Below are positions 24,393 to 38,035 of a stretch of DNA of 56,479 nucleotides, piece by piece; the stretch's first letter is position 1, and every line of letters begins with the position of its first letter. The DNA is taken from assembly GCF_001194135.2 (NCBI RefSeq), contig NC_068983.1:70250074-70306552 (forward strand), written 5' to 3'. The translations under genes and the position numbers were made by a program. The notes under the pieces were generated by a model that was not told the DNA's origin, did no database searches, and saw only the letters and a program-made list of their open reading frames with translations. Source of the DNA: Octopus bimaculoides. Taxonomy: Eukaryota.

Positions 24393-26480
24393 CAAAGGGA
24401 ACATAACAAGTGGAATTGAACAAAACACAACATGCGGAAAAATAGACGATAGCATAACAACAAATGGCAAATAGGACAGAAACAAGATACACGGATCATT
24501 CACACCAGATTTCCTCAGCTGTCAGTTTCTGGAAAGTCATTATAAACACAGGGCTAGTAATGTTGATGTTAGGGATGAAATGATACCATTGGCCTCAACA
24601 CTTGTACTTTATTTTATTGACTTTGCAGAGATGAAAAGTAAAATTTAGGGTCAAGAAAGTAGGGAAAAGGTTATTTTAGTAAATATGATGATAATAATGT
24701 TTTTGTGTTTTGAATAGGAATCATAAAGGGCCGTGAGAATAAAAGACTTAACAACTGATCGCTTAGTTATTCAAATCTTAGCATAGCCATTGAGTTGTTA
24801 TTCTGAGAACAGTACCTAATTTTTCTTGTTCTTGCCAGATTGACATGAAAAAAATCAAAACACCATTCCTATTTCATGGTCAAATGATTAATGATAAGAA
24901 TGACATTCAGCTGAAACATTAATTTTCTCAGCAAATAAAATATTCACAAGCCATTTCATGTAAAACAGTTAAAAAGGCCAAACAAAGAAGTCACAAATAT
25001 CTTGGAATCTACGATCTGTTTGAGATGACCAAAATTTTAGAATGGCTAAAAGAAACAATGTCTGCAAAGCAATACTGAAGCATTCAATTAGAATAGATGG
25101 TTTTTAAAGATTCTTTAATTAATTAACTTGTAATCATCACTTAATTTACACTCTTATTTATTATGAGCCAAAAGTAATTAATTACTCATTTTCTTTTCTC
25201 CCAGAGATGTTTAATTGCGATGACATCTGCAACTCTTGTGGAATAATGAGAGAAAAGATGACAAAACATTCATAATACATGACTTCTACTCTACTATACA
25301 GTTTAAGAGCAGTGTCAGAGATCTTGTTAACTAGATTCATACTTTAGAATACAAAGCATTGAGTCAATACAAATAAATATTTTATATATGACACTTGATA
25401 ACACACACACACACTTGTATATAAAATCATTATGAGCACACAAAATAATTAGAATCAAAGCAATATCTTCATTCTTAATATGATCTGTCTGACTTGGTCA
25501 TGAATAGGTTTTATGCTGTTAGATTTTGTCTTCAGAGGACAACTTTTATATTTAGATAATGTGTATTGACAATACACATGCTTCAGTGATGTAGTAGACT
25601 CTGAGACACTATTTTCTCAGTATGATAGTGTCTCCTAAGTTAATGACACCTTCTGAAACTCCAATGTCAAATGAGAATGGTAGTTTTTTTTCTATAGAAT
25701 TCTGCAAGCGAAATATCTAGTGATGCATGATAAAGCTTGCCCAGTGGATATTAAATTATCATGAGCATGTAGAACAGTAAGAATCAAAACAGTGATGTGC
25801 CCATTTATTCTTAATCATGTTTCAGCAGAATGGATGTAATGGATGCTTTTTGCTGTTGAATCCAGTTGCAAAAAGCATTTCACATCTGAATCTACTTGAA
25901 TGTGTTGAGACTGGATAGACATGCCATTTTACACACACACACACACACACACTTGTATGTATACATACACATACATGTATATATATATATATGTGTGTGT
26001 GTGTGTAAATATATATATATCATTCAAAACATAGTATTAAATATCCATCACAGCTGGTCTTACCAATCAGTTTCACATAAAGAGTATTAGGTAACAAACT
26101 AATTATATAACTTTACACTCATCAGAGTTAGCTGATATGGAAGCAAATATGGTGACTGCTCTCTATTGTCAGAAGTGGATTAGCACAGCCAGTCAGCAGT
26201 TTGCTGTGAAAAAGAAGGTGGAATGAAAAAGGGGCCAAGAGATTAGTTTAAGAGTTCTGTCCCATGGATGGATATGCTGTAAAGCTGGCAAAAGTTATCT
26301 TGAAGTGGGGAAAGTGTGTATTATTAATGTGGTGTTCCTCTGGGGATAGGAGTGTGTGGTATGTCTTGTGGTGTCATATGTATAATTTTTTTCAGAGGTG
26401 TAGGTATATATAGCTGTGTTCATTGGTCTATTTTCTTTCTGTTAAGGATAAAGGTGTGTTGTGGGGGGAGGTCATGTTAC

Positions 26481-26544
<64 letters not shown>

Positions 26545-26593
26545 AGCAAAGTAGCTAGTTCTAAAATCTCTAAATGAGATATAAGTAGTAGCA

Positions 26594-26657
26594 ATATAGT
26601 GTCAAAGAATATTGTATACAGGGCTACCCCTGTATACAATATTCTTTGACACTATAT
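26594..26657. repeat. Perfect 30-bp inverted repeat with 4-nt loop
   Basis: atatagtgtcaaagaatattgtatacaggg-ctac-ccctgtatacaatattctttgacactatat. The arms are exact reverse complements. Confidence 0.95.
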
Positions 26658-29600
26658 GCTTATATACCTCACTTTATCCTAAAGCCAATCCTTAACTCCC
26701 CCCCTCACTCTATCTACCTCTCTTTCTATTTATTTACTTTTCCTTCCTTTTACCATTTAATAGCTATCTCTGCTAGCATTCTGTTATTGAACATTGATAT
26801 ATTCACTTCTTTTTTCTCTGGATGTTTACAATATCAGGATGTTAACCCACATGGATCTAAACAGGATTGTACCTAAGTACTTATGCACTTGTTTCTACAA
26901 CATTGAAAAGTTCTCTCTTCATCTCATTTCTTTACTCCGTTCATCTATGTCGTCATTTCATTAATATATATATTTCTCATTTTCCCTAAATGTCTCTGAT
27001 GATGGAATATCCCAGAAACAAGTTTAAGACTTTGAATTTTTTCCAATAATAATAATGTATATGACTTGAGATGTTTGCCTTGCCTTAATGTTTGTTGTCC
27101 TCTTTAACAATTATATATCCACTGCAATTGAAATCTGCAATGGAAATCCTAGGCCAGGGTAGGATTTGAACTCAGAATGCAATGAGCTGGAGTAAATACA
27201 ACAATCATCCAGTCTGATGTTCATACAGTATCATAAGCCCACTTCCTCTAGATTGATATTCTTTTATTGGTCCTAAAGGAATGAAAAGAGAAGTTGAACT
27301 CAGAGCACTGCATACCAGAACAAATACTGTGACATATCTTTACAACATTCTAACTTCTCTGCCACTATGCTGCCCAAATAAAAATAAGATTTTAATTCTG
27401 TATTTGAAAATGGTTGTTTTCTAAACTATAGATTACACTGAGCTATCAAAAGTTTAGTGCTATTTTTCTTTTTTTTTTTTCTACTTCTTTATATAACCTT
27501 CTCTTCATTGACATGATACCTGATACTAGACAAAAATATACAGCTGTAACATCTTACAATAAATAACAGCAATAATTATAATATATTGTATCCAATTATA
27601 ATGTGGTTGTAACATGGTAGGGAGTCATAATTACTAAAATAACTTCTCAGGAACTTAGTCATAAAAATTGCTGTTATCTTCCTACAAGGTTGTAAATATT
27701 GTTGGCTTTGACATTTTGACACAACACTTATGGATGTAATATTTTACAAATTCAGCAAATTCAGATCTACAGTCAAATCTTTGGTTATAATTCCTTGCTA
27801 ATTATTTAGTCATAATCACAACCTAATCATGTTGTCAAAATTATAAGCTGATTTTGTAGTCATAATTGCTAGCTAATTATTTATTACTGTTTAATCTTGT
27901 AGTATTAATACCACAGTAAAATTAATATTAGTAATCATTTATTACTAGTTAATCCTCTTGTTACATTTACTAGATAATCAGTTAGAGTTACTAGCTAATT
28001 GTTTTCCGGCTGCGATGGACAACATATGATTCACAATCCAATTCTAAATTTTGTAGAATTGGTAAGATGTAAAATAAAACATCCTTTCAATATTGCAAGT
28101 AGCTTTTCTGGCAGGGAATATTGAACTGTAGGTCAACAAACTACACTGCTTTTCTGCTTACAGCAACCAACCACCCTACCCTGCAATAACTACATACATA
28201 TCGGTGAACTGTTGCTGTTTGATCACAGGTCATCATAAGTGAGCTGACTGGTGGTCAAAGGAAATCTAGTCATGGCCATCACATCTTTCTTCCTAATATA
28301 GGTTATCTAGAATTGTATATATATGTCGTTTATGGTATGTATCTTTATGTCTTATAACTTTGCTGGTCAACAAATAGGAACAATAAAATCGTTGTCAGGC
28401 TTGAATATGTGCTAAGGTTGCTTTTATTACAAAATATGAGAACAGTAACCATTACAGTGGCAGTTCAGTGACTGAAAAGTAAAGAATAATTCTCTTTAAC
28501 ATCATTATTTTCAATGATTTTTCCTTCATTTTCACCACCACCACCACCGCTATCGTCATCGTCATCATCATCATCATCATCACCTTCATTGTTATTACTG
28601 TCAACATTATCACCATAATCCCCACCACTTTCACAAAAGTAATTTTTATCTTTTGCAATACTTCTTTCTATGTTTACTTTTATGTCATTCTGAAAAAGAA
28701 TTCTCTTTGTATATCTGCACTGTTACTATAATGTTGATGCATTACTCTAGATTACTGGTTAAAATCTCCACATTACAATGGAATTACTGAGCTATTCAGC
28801 TATCACTTTGATGTTCATGATTACTCATAACAAACTGACCCGTGATACTTGTAGTTCTGTCATATTTGATTATCTTCTCAGTGCTGTCTTGTATCCCAGG
28901 CCAGATTGATTCAAAGTCACCAATTGAATCTAGAGATCATTTAGCATCTCCTTGGTAGTTGGTCAATAAAATGGAAATTAATAAGCTTATTATCTTTCAG
29001 ACTATTACCCTCATCTTTGTGGGTTTTTTAAAAAATTATTTTATCCCAGTTAGTATACTGATTTTACTATGCCTGCCATGTTCTCTGGTCTTTTTGAAAA
29101 GTTTTTGTACAATCCTAAATGAGAAGAGGTTTCTAGTATCTAACTCAAGCCAATTTCTAATTTGTAGAAGAAAAGGAAACAATGATTGACCCAGTTTTCA
29201 ACAGTGTGCATGACCAATTCTTGAAAAGGAGAAAAGGGAGGGGGTGAGAGAGAATAGAGAGAGGGCGGGGAGAGAGGTAGAAGGAGGGAAGAGGAACAGA
29301 AATAAATAAAAAGACAAACTGAGTAGACTCAACCCACTAATTGACTGGTTCATTGTCAACTTGAGAAAAAAGAAAGGCAAAGTTGATCTTGCCATGATCT
29401 GAACTCAGACTAGAAAGAGCTGGAACAAAACCCACTAGATATTTTGTCTGATAACACTAATGATTCTACGAAATGACCAGCTTAACTTCATCTTCAGAGA
29501 TAGTAAAAATGTTTGCATCCATCTACTCTACGTTTCAAATTGTGGGATCATTATTTGTTATCAGATATCTCATTCCTGGAGTGTGAGATTTGCATAGTAT

Positions 29601-29679
29601 TAGAGTGGATTGGAATTAAGAACCTTTATTTCTAAACTAAGAGTAATGATGTTTAGGCCACAGATGCATGTAGTTCAAA

Positions 29680-30360
29680 ATCCAGTCTATGTGGTTAAGA
29701 AATTCACTTAACAGCCACATGGTTTCAGATTTAGTCCCAGAACACAACATCCTGGGTAAGTAACTGGGCAAGGTTGACCAATACTTTGTAAAAGAATTCG
29801 GTGGACAGAAACTCTCTGGAAGCCTGTTTGAAACTGTGAAAGGCAATGAACTGGCAAAAACGTTAGCACACCGGGCGAAATGCTTACCAGTATTTCATCT
29901 GCCGTTTCATCCGAGTTCAAATTCCGCCGAGGTCAACTTTGCCTTTCATCCTTTTGAGGTTGATAAATTAAGTACCAGTTACACACTGGGGTCGATGTAA
30001 TCGACTTAATCCCTTTGTCTGTCCTTGTTTGTCCCCTATATGTTTAGCCCCTTGTGGCCAGTAAAGAAATAAGAAATTGTGTGGAAGCCTGTTGTATATG
30101 CGCATGTGTCTGTTTGTCTGTCTGCCTGTTCCTCACCTCCACACTTTTACTGCTGGTGCTGGTTTGTTTACATCCCTGTAACTGAGCAGTTCAACAATTG
30201 ACACTGAAAGAATAAGTGCTAGACATAAAAAGAACAAGAAGCACTATGGTCGATTTATTTGACTAAAACACTTCACGGTGGTGTCCCAGCATGATGACAG
30301 ACCATGTTGGGACTAAACTAGTGTCCCAGCATGTTGACAGTCCAGTGATTAAAAGAAGAG
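29680..30360 (+). mobile_element. SINE carrying a nested second-family SINE (29829-30081)
   Basis: The outer copy matches 11614-12050. The inner insert is flanked by direct repeat tggaagcctgtt at 29817-29828 and 30082-30093. Confidence 0.75.
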
Positions 30361-30949
30361 AAAATGAAATAACATCCAAAAAGAAGACAGATGAAGGCAA
30401 TAAGAAATCAAATTGATGGAAAGACAGTGTAGATATAAATAATATTAGATTATCATCTGTAAGGATGAGGTTAATAGTCTGGAAATTTATTATCTGATTA
30501 ACAACAACTAATCTCAGGTATTTAGACTATTAATGACAATAAATGTTGATACTTTTACTCATCCATTGTTGCTTAATATATCTCAGGTAAAACATTATCA
30601 GATTTATGATCTAAGGTATTCCAGCCATGAATGTCTTATATTTTTGTATATTTAGCATACTGTTGAATTTGTTCACCCTCTTTTAAGATAGTATAGTGTA
30701 ATCAGAGAAAAGTTTGCCACCTTAAATTATTGGTACATATAATATCAACTTAATAATCCCAAGAATTTACCATATTTACTGTTGCCTACTGTCACCTGTA
30801 TCAAAACAAGGTGATACATCCCCCATGATCAGGCACGTTTTCAGATAAAATTGGAACCAATGAACCCATTATATGACCATGCCATTGTTTACAAGTATCA
30901 TGTGATATCACAGCAAGGAGGCACAAACACTCACATTTACACACACACA

Positions 30950-31110
30950 CACACACATATGATAGGCTTCTTTCAGTTTCTGTCTACAATATCCACTCAC
31001 AAGGTTATGGTTGGTTTGGGGCTACAATAGTAGATTCTTACCCAAGGTGTCATGCAGTAGGACTGAACCTGAAAACATAATATTGCAGCAAACTCCTTAA
31101 TTACACTACC
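30950..31110 (-). mobile_element. SINE fragment
   Basis: ggcttctttcagtttctgtctac...atccactcacaagg... is the reverse complement of the core at 11614-12050. Confidence 0.65.
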
Positions 31111-31454
31111 ATATGTATGTATGTATGTATGTATTTATGTATGTATGTATGTATGTATGTATAGGCAAACTGAAACTGAAAGAATCCTGTTATGTATGTT
31201 CATGTGTGAGTGTGCTTATGTGATCATGTTTCCCTTGTCTCGACACAAGGCCAACTTTTTATGGATAGTGGGTAAGTTGATTACATTGAACCCTGTGTCC
31301 AACTGATACTTATTTTCTCAACCTTGAAAGAATGAAAGGCAAAGTTGACCTCATTGGATTCAGTGGATGAAATGCAGCTAAGCATTTTGCCCCATGTGCT
31401 AACAATTCTCCCATCTTGCTGCCTTAATTTTGCCACCTTAATAATAACAGTGAT

Positions 31455-31690
31455 ATAAAGAAGGAACTAAAAAAGATTGGAAAATACCTGAATGTGTCTA
31501 CAGAACTGAAATAACTCTGGATCAAGCAAGAAAAAATTATTTCTACCGTCATGAGATTATTAAGAACAACAACTAAATCTGTTGCTGAAAAAACTAAGAA
31601 ATATTATAATTGATATCAGTGAGCAAGATTTTAAAAGCTGTCATCCTTTAATCAACAAGAATCTCTCATCAAGTCCTTGAGAGTTGAGAA
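31455..31690 (+). pseudogene. Degraded R4/Dong-like non-LTR retrotransposon C-terminal fragment
   Basis: IKKELKKIGKYLNVSTELK*LWIKQEKIIST... resembles the EK..KY..L..EL..LW tail of REL endonucleases. Heavily decayed and preceded by taataataa. Confidence 0.45.
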
Positions 31691-32420
31691 GACAATGTTA
31701 CTAAATATCAAATTATAAAATTCTTGACAAGATTAATGTAGATAATTAATTAAATGATTAATTAATGATGCATCAAACAGCATATGTTCCATAATCTGAA
31801 GCAAATTGTGAGGTGTATCCAATGATTAACTATACAAATTTTAGCTATTTGTTTCAGATAATTGTTTATAGTTGTCTATGTATATCACATTACACATTAA
31901 AGTAGTAGCTAACATGTGTATTGCCATTAGATATACTTTACATTTAAGATCAATATAAAACTGATATACTAATTATTTTCTAACATAAGCCTAAAGCTAT
32001 AAGTTTTGGAGTGAATATATAGATTGGTTATATCAACCTACTTAATTTCTTAACAGGTACTTTTTTCTATTGACCCTCTTCACATTTTGGTGAAGGCATG
32101 TTGGACACAAGAACATCATTGCTGTAATTCCCAGACAAGAGTAGTGCTTTATGTTCTTGGATAAAACACTTTATTTCACATTGTGCTAGTCCATTCATCT
32201 GAAAATATATACCCACAACAGCTGGGAGTTAGCTCAGTGAAGAACTAGTGTCTGATTCAATGGGGAATGTTGTTCTCTCAATCACTCATATGCCAAGAAA
32301 ACTGAGATAAGTTCCAGTCTCTAGTAAGACTGTAGGCTTGTGACAGACCTTAACACCTTCATATTTTGACATTAAATGAAAATAAAAATAATTATAATAA
32401 GGATTTCTAACATACATCCT

Positions 32421-33270
32421 AAAATTCTAACAAGTGTTCTTCAAGATGACACATTGACACCACATCTTTCCATAATCACTCAGGACTATGCCATGAGGGA
32501 AGCCATTAGATCTTAGCTTTACAGTGGCACAAAGGAGAAGCTGTGACATTATCAAATACCATTGATCGAGCTCAAGAACTTCTTCATAAAGTTTAATTCT
32601 CTGTCAAGAAAATTGGTCTGCTCATAGATGCCACCAAGACAGAGTGCATGCCACTAAACCAAGAACATAGAAATCTTGTTACACTGGATGACAGAATACT
32701 TAATCAAATTGATGATTTTCTATATTTGAGCAACTGGATAAGTTCATCAAAAAAGGACATTGACATTAGAACTACTAAAGCCTGGGTGGCAATGAATAAA
32801 ATGGAAAAGATATGTAATACTGATCTACTCAGGAAAATTAAGATACCATTCTTCAGAACATCTGTTGAGTCAATGTTGTTGTATGGATTACGTACATAGA
32901 CCGTGACACAATCACTTGGGAAGAAACTAGATGGTGCATACACTAAAATGCTTAGGATTGTACAAAATAGAAACTGGCATCAACAAATTACAAATAAAAG
33001 ATTATATGGAAACTTGCCCAAGATAACAACTACAATTGCTCGAAGATGGTTCTGATTTGCAGGACATTGCTGGAGAAGTAAACAGGAAGTTATACACAAG
33101 CTTCTAATGTGGGAACCATCTCATGGGAGAGGGAGTAGAAAAGACCTACACAACGTTAATTAATCAACTCTCAGATGATACAAATCTCAATAAGGAGCAA
33201 TTGCCATAAGCGATGGAAAATCGAGAATTGTGGAGAGACTTTGTCAAGAAAGCTTGACCATGGTTGCAAT
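32421..33270 (+). pseudogene. RTE-clade LINE 3' fragment (RT C-terminal half), inactive
   Basis: VLQDDTLTPHLSIITQDYAMREAI (GVLQGDTLAP-like), then LSNTIDRAQELL, KTECM, DDFLYLSNWI, VESMLLYG, LDGAYTKMLR, FAGHCWR, LWRDFV. The YADD/FADD segment is deleted and stops are present. Confidence 0.9.
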
Positions 33271-33594
33271 GATGAACATACATACAAAATTGCAAGTTTT
33301 AAATATATATATANNNNNNNNNNNNNNNNNNNNNNNNNNNNNNNNNNNNNNNNNNNNNNNNNNNNNNNNNNNATATGTATATATATATTCAAGAAGGCTT
33401 TAGTCAGTTAAAACAACACCACTACTTAAATGGTACTAACTTTATTAAGCAGGCAGGATGAGGTGCAAAGTAGATGGAAGCAGGATTTCAAGTCAGAACA
33501 TAAAGGTATATAGCAAAATACTATAAAGATATTCTCACTGTTTTCTAATATTTTTTCATGTTAGATCTGCTTTCAAGTGATAATTATTATTATT

Positions 33595-34117
33595 TTCTTG
33601 TTTAACATAGCAACTTCACTGAAGAATATAGCAAAATGTCAGGTGGCCACAACTAGTGTACTAAGGTAACATTCTTCATTTAGGTTTCAAGAACTCTGTA
33701 GAGAATTCATTCTGCCTCAGGCACCAGTTTCTTTTGTAAATTCCCTATCTTCACTTGTTTTCAAGCTTTCCAATTCAGTGTGTAAACTTGTTACTTATAG
33801 GACACAAAGCTCCAACAAAAAGAATAACACCCACTCTCTTCAATGACATCAGTCTTTTTTTTCCTACTTTAAATCATCGTATCTGACCTGCTGCAATTTT
33901 TCTGTTCTAAATACTCTGTCATCACTAGAGCATGCAATGTCTATATTTTCTTGCTTCCTTTTTATTCACAACCACTATATCCAGCTTTCGATGTTCAATT
34001 TCATGAACACATTGGATCATTACATCCCACAGTATCTTCGACTTGTCATTCCTAATTATTCTTGTCATTCCTAATTACACTGTGCCTTTGTTCTATCCAA
34101 TCCATACTTGCCATACA
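33595..34117 (-). pseudogene. R4/Dong-like non-LTR retrotransposon, 5'-truncated (REL endonuclease plus 3' UTR)
   Basis: Minus-strand translation across frameshifts: SKILWDVMIQCVHEIEHRKLDIVVLNKKE, IDIACSSDDRV, FVGALCPISNKF, VKIGNLQKK, ILYRVLET*. TAA repeats on both sides. Confidence 0.8.
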
Positions 34118-35027
34118 ATTATTATTATTATTATTATTACTGTTGTTGCTGTTGTCAGTGGCAGCATTGTTGGGGTCATCAGTGTTGTCGGCGTTGGCAT
34201 TGGCATCAAATAAAATATTTTGTAGCATTTGTTCAGACCCTTTATAATTTAAGTTCATATCCAGCTGTTATCAACTTTTCCTTTTGTCCTCTTGAGGTCA
34301 ATAAAATAAAGTACCAGACAAGTATTTGGGTTAATATAATCAACTGTCCCCTTTACTCAAAATTTTTACCCTGATAGCTGATGTTATAGATTACTACTGT
34401 TATTTTTCTCTTAGAGAAGTGCTGTACCAGAAACAGTAGTGTTCTACCTGAAATTCTCTGAAAACTAATATATTCAGCTAAGGAGTTTTATGTGTAAAGT
34501 TCTCTCTCAACAATAAATAACCCTTATAACAAAGAACCAGCAAAAGTGCCTGTATGTGGTTGCTTGACTTTTTGTAAATATTAGCCAAATGTATTTCAAG
34601 TTACACCATACTATCTTGAAATTGGAGGTACACATTGAGTGATATAGTCTGAAATACATAATGACTAAGTGAAGAAAGGTGTGATCATATCTGGAACTTT
34701 CTGGACAATAGAGCTGACTTGGAGCTAAACAGCAACAATGACCCTTACAACAAAATATCCACCTTAAAGACCACTACTGTCTTTTCTCTCTTCTCATCTA
34801 CACTGAAATAGATAGTCTTGATTACAGTTAGATTGTGAAAACTTATTTAATTATCTAAATATCTAAATGATCAAGGCTTTTTTTAAGGCTAAGTTTGTAA
34901 TGTTACCATGTTTACAGCAATAAATGATGTTACAATTGAAGTCTAATTAGTCAATTCTTGTATGGGAAAGCTGTTTCAGAATGGAAAACAATAAAGAAAT
35001 AAGTATATACATATTGTGTACACATCA

Positions 35028-35073
<46 letters not shown>

Positions 35074-35083
35074 NNNNNNNNNN

Positions 35084-35123
<40 letters not shown>

Positions 35124-35885
35124 CATGAGACAAGTGAGACACTAAGCAGCCACTCAAACTGCTAGAAATAGCAGCCATATTTCCCTCAAACCAGACTTTG
35201 CTGTCTTAAACAAAATTAAGAACATAGTTGACAATGCAGGCTCACAGTGGGGATGCATTTAATCATTGGTCAATTCCTTCTAGGATAATGAGCTAAATAA
35301 AAGCATCAACTGCATGTAACTTTACCAGTAACAGCACACTGACCTTAATTCTTCTCTCAGACCTCGTCTATGTGTATAGCATTAAAAATTTTTGGCACAC
35401 ATGCTTTCTTCTATGAAGGATGTAACATTACAGTTTAATCTAACAGTACAAATACACAGAATTTACACACCATGTGTACCTATGTTACACACTTTATCCA
35501 TGTGTAATATGCAGTAAAAGCTATTCTTTTATTTAAGCAGCTAGACATCATTAATTCTGATGGCTTCCTTTGGTGACCATATATATTCCTAATAAACAAA
35601 GTTGCAGCACAGAGGTTATGTTTTCTTTTCAGGAATGGAAACAATTATTTATAATAGTCCAATGAGAGAACTTCTACATTTTGACAGAACTTACTAGAAA
35701 TAGTAAGCATATCTCTCTCAAAAATCACACTCTGCTATCATAATTAAAGAAGTCTACAGTTAGACAGTGTAGGTTTGATACAAAAAATGATGGAATAGTC
35801 ATTACTGGAGCACCATCAAAATTTGACTTAGAACTAGATAACAGCGTTGAAGTAATCTTTGTCATCATCACCACCACCATCACCC

Positions 35886-35922
<37 letters not shown>

Positions 35923-37945
35923 TGTCATTGTCATTAGTGGTAACATTTGTGTTGGTACATTGATGGCACACAATCCTATTTTGGATCACAACCCCAAAGG
36001 TGTTATCCACCTGACAGACAATCCTTTCATTCACTGAATCAACAAGGGATCCTCCTAGTCATTCACTATGGAATGGAAACAGTAAATTCAAACAGGAACA
36101 CCCTGTAGTATTCATATTTGATTGATTTATCTTCCTTCTTTCCAATGCTCACTTTACCTTTATATATCTCACAAGAATGATGAAATAAGTATTAGACGAA
36201 ATATTGGACTGTATAATTGATTAAAAGCCTTTGTTGAAGACAATGCCCTAACATGACCATTGACCATTTACTGAAACCAGTAAAAAATTTAGGAAGAATG
36301 TAAATGTTCCACTCTGTGTTGTTGTTCAGAGGCCAAAGTGATTTTACTTTCATTGGTATCCTTCAGTGTATCACTTGTAAATATAATTTTAAGCCAGTGT
36401 GTTTTGCATCATGTGATGCGTGTAGGTATAATTCAGTATTTGTATTGAAAATTTATTTATTTAAGATTCCATAGTGTTGTTCTTTTGGTGTCACTGATTT
36501 CAAATTTCTCACAAGCTACTGTGTTAACAAGCTGTCTATCAGCTGTAGTTACATACATAACCCAAATAAAATTCAGCATTCACAAAATGTTTTGTAAAGT
36601 TTTACTTTAAATTCAAATATTTTGTGAAGTGAGAAATTTACCCTAAGACATCATAACTCACACAATGAGCCAATGAGGGTGCTACTTCCACTCATGCACT
36701 CTCATCACTCATATTATGTCCATCCTTTACACCTCACACTAACCATTGTTTCAAACCCTTTCTCCTCAGAATATATTTTCTGGAATCCTTGCCTGCTTAG
36801 GTTTTTCCTGTAGCTAATAACTTGATATTCTATTAGTAACAAGTTCATAGTTGCATGGAAACATAAAGAGAAATATTAACCATGCTGATCTTGATAGTCC
36901 AGGAGGATCTGCAAAGACTATAGACATAGGCCCTTTCTAAAAAGAAAAAAATGGTATAATCATGTGCCTTCCCAGAAGTTTTAATATGCATTACTAAGTT
37001 TGTTCAATGTATATTTCTTAGTTTGTTAAGTGTTTTGTTCAATACAGGTCACCAGTGACACCTTAATATTTCACATTCAAAAAATCTGATAAATTTATAT
37101 TACAAATCATAAATATGATTCTGATACTATTTATTTGATATTTTAAAAAAGCAGCCAATTATTCTTCAAATTCACTGACAAAAAAAAAACATAAATCTTG
37201 TTACTCTATAGTTTTCTGGGTTTAAAATATTAGTTATGTGATAATACTAAATCCAAAGTTGTAATCCATAATTTTAATTATGTAATCCATAATTTTCTCT
37301 TATTATTATCTTAGACATTGTTTGAAGAAATAGTAAACCAGTTTCTTTACTCTTTGTATGTTGTGTATTGCTTTGAGATTATAGAGAGAATTCTAACCTT
37401 GACTAATTAATCTGCAATAACTTTTCTTTATACATTATTTTTAATAATTAACACTAACTCAGAATTTTGAATTAACAAAGACTAACTACTTATTATGTAC
37501 TACATTAAGAGGGAAAATAAACTCAGACCTAAATCACTTTTCTATCTTCCGACTGGTTCTTAAAATATCTTATATCACTTCAGGCATGAAATCTTAGCAG
37601 TTAATTTATAACTTCTTATCTATTTTATTCTACTAATTTGGGTTCTGTTAAAATGTCCCCATCTATTTTCTTATTTACTAGTCTGATTTTGACTGCTTGT
37701 CATTTCTGTCTTCAGTTTTAATTCTAATGAGACTTTATCTCTCAAGGAATAAAATGACAAGAAGTGGCTACACCATCCCATGTTAAGTTGTCTCTGACAT
37801 TCTTTGGTAATTTATCAGCTCACCACTACTAACATTTACTACTAACAAGTAGTTTGCTTTGAAACACCATTTGGCTCTACTCTGTTTCTCTGCTTCAAGA
37901 GATATTAACATCAGTATTCAAGATGAATATATATTTTTCTTATAG

Positions 37946-38035
37946 CACAATTATGCTGTACCAGGTGGCCGTCTTAGTCCAAGTGTGTCAGAAGCTGACT
38001 TACACAGTCCATCTACAGATTCCGCTAAATCAGAG
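37946..38035 (+). CDS. RGS7: Probable R7-RGS linker exon between DHEX and GGL domains
   Basis: atttttcttatag|CAC ... GAG|gtaagc. Open 90 bp, phase 0 to 0, encoding HNYAVPGGRLSPSVSEADLHSPSTDSAKSE. More GC-rich than its flanks. Occupies the position of the variable Ser/Pro-rich linker exon. Support comes from splice signals, phase and position rather than strong homology. Confidence 0.72.

Noticed and set aside
24490-24535. Minus-strand gacagCTGAGGA... possible hammerhead
   Set aside because: No GAAA after a credible stem II and no cleavage-site/stem I pairing.
25205-25275. Strong acceptor (ttttctcccag) as a candidate RGS exon
   Set aside because: All three frames stop before any good donor, and there is no similarity to R7-RGS.
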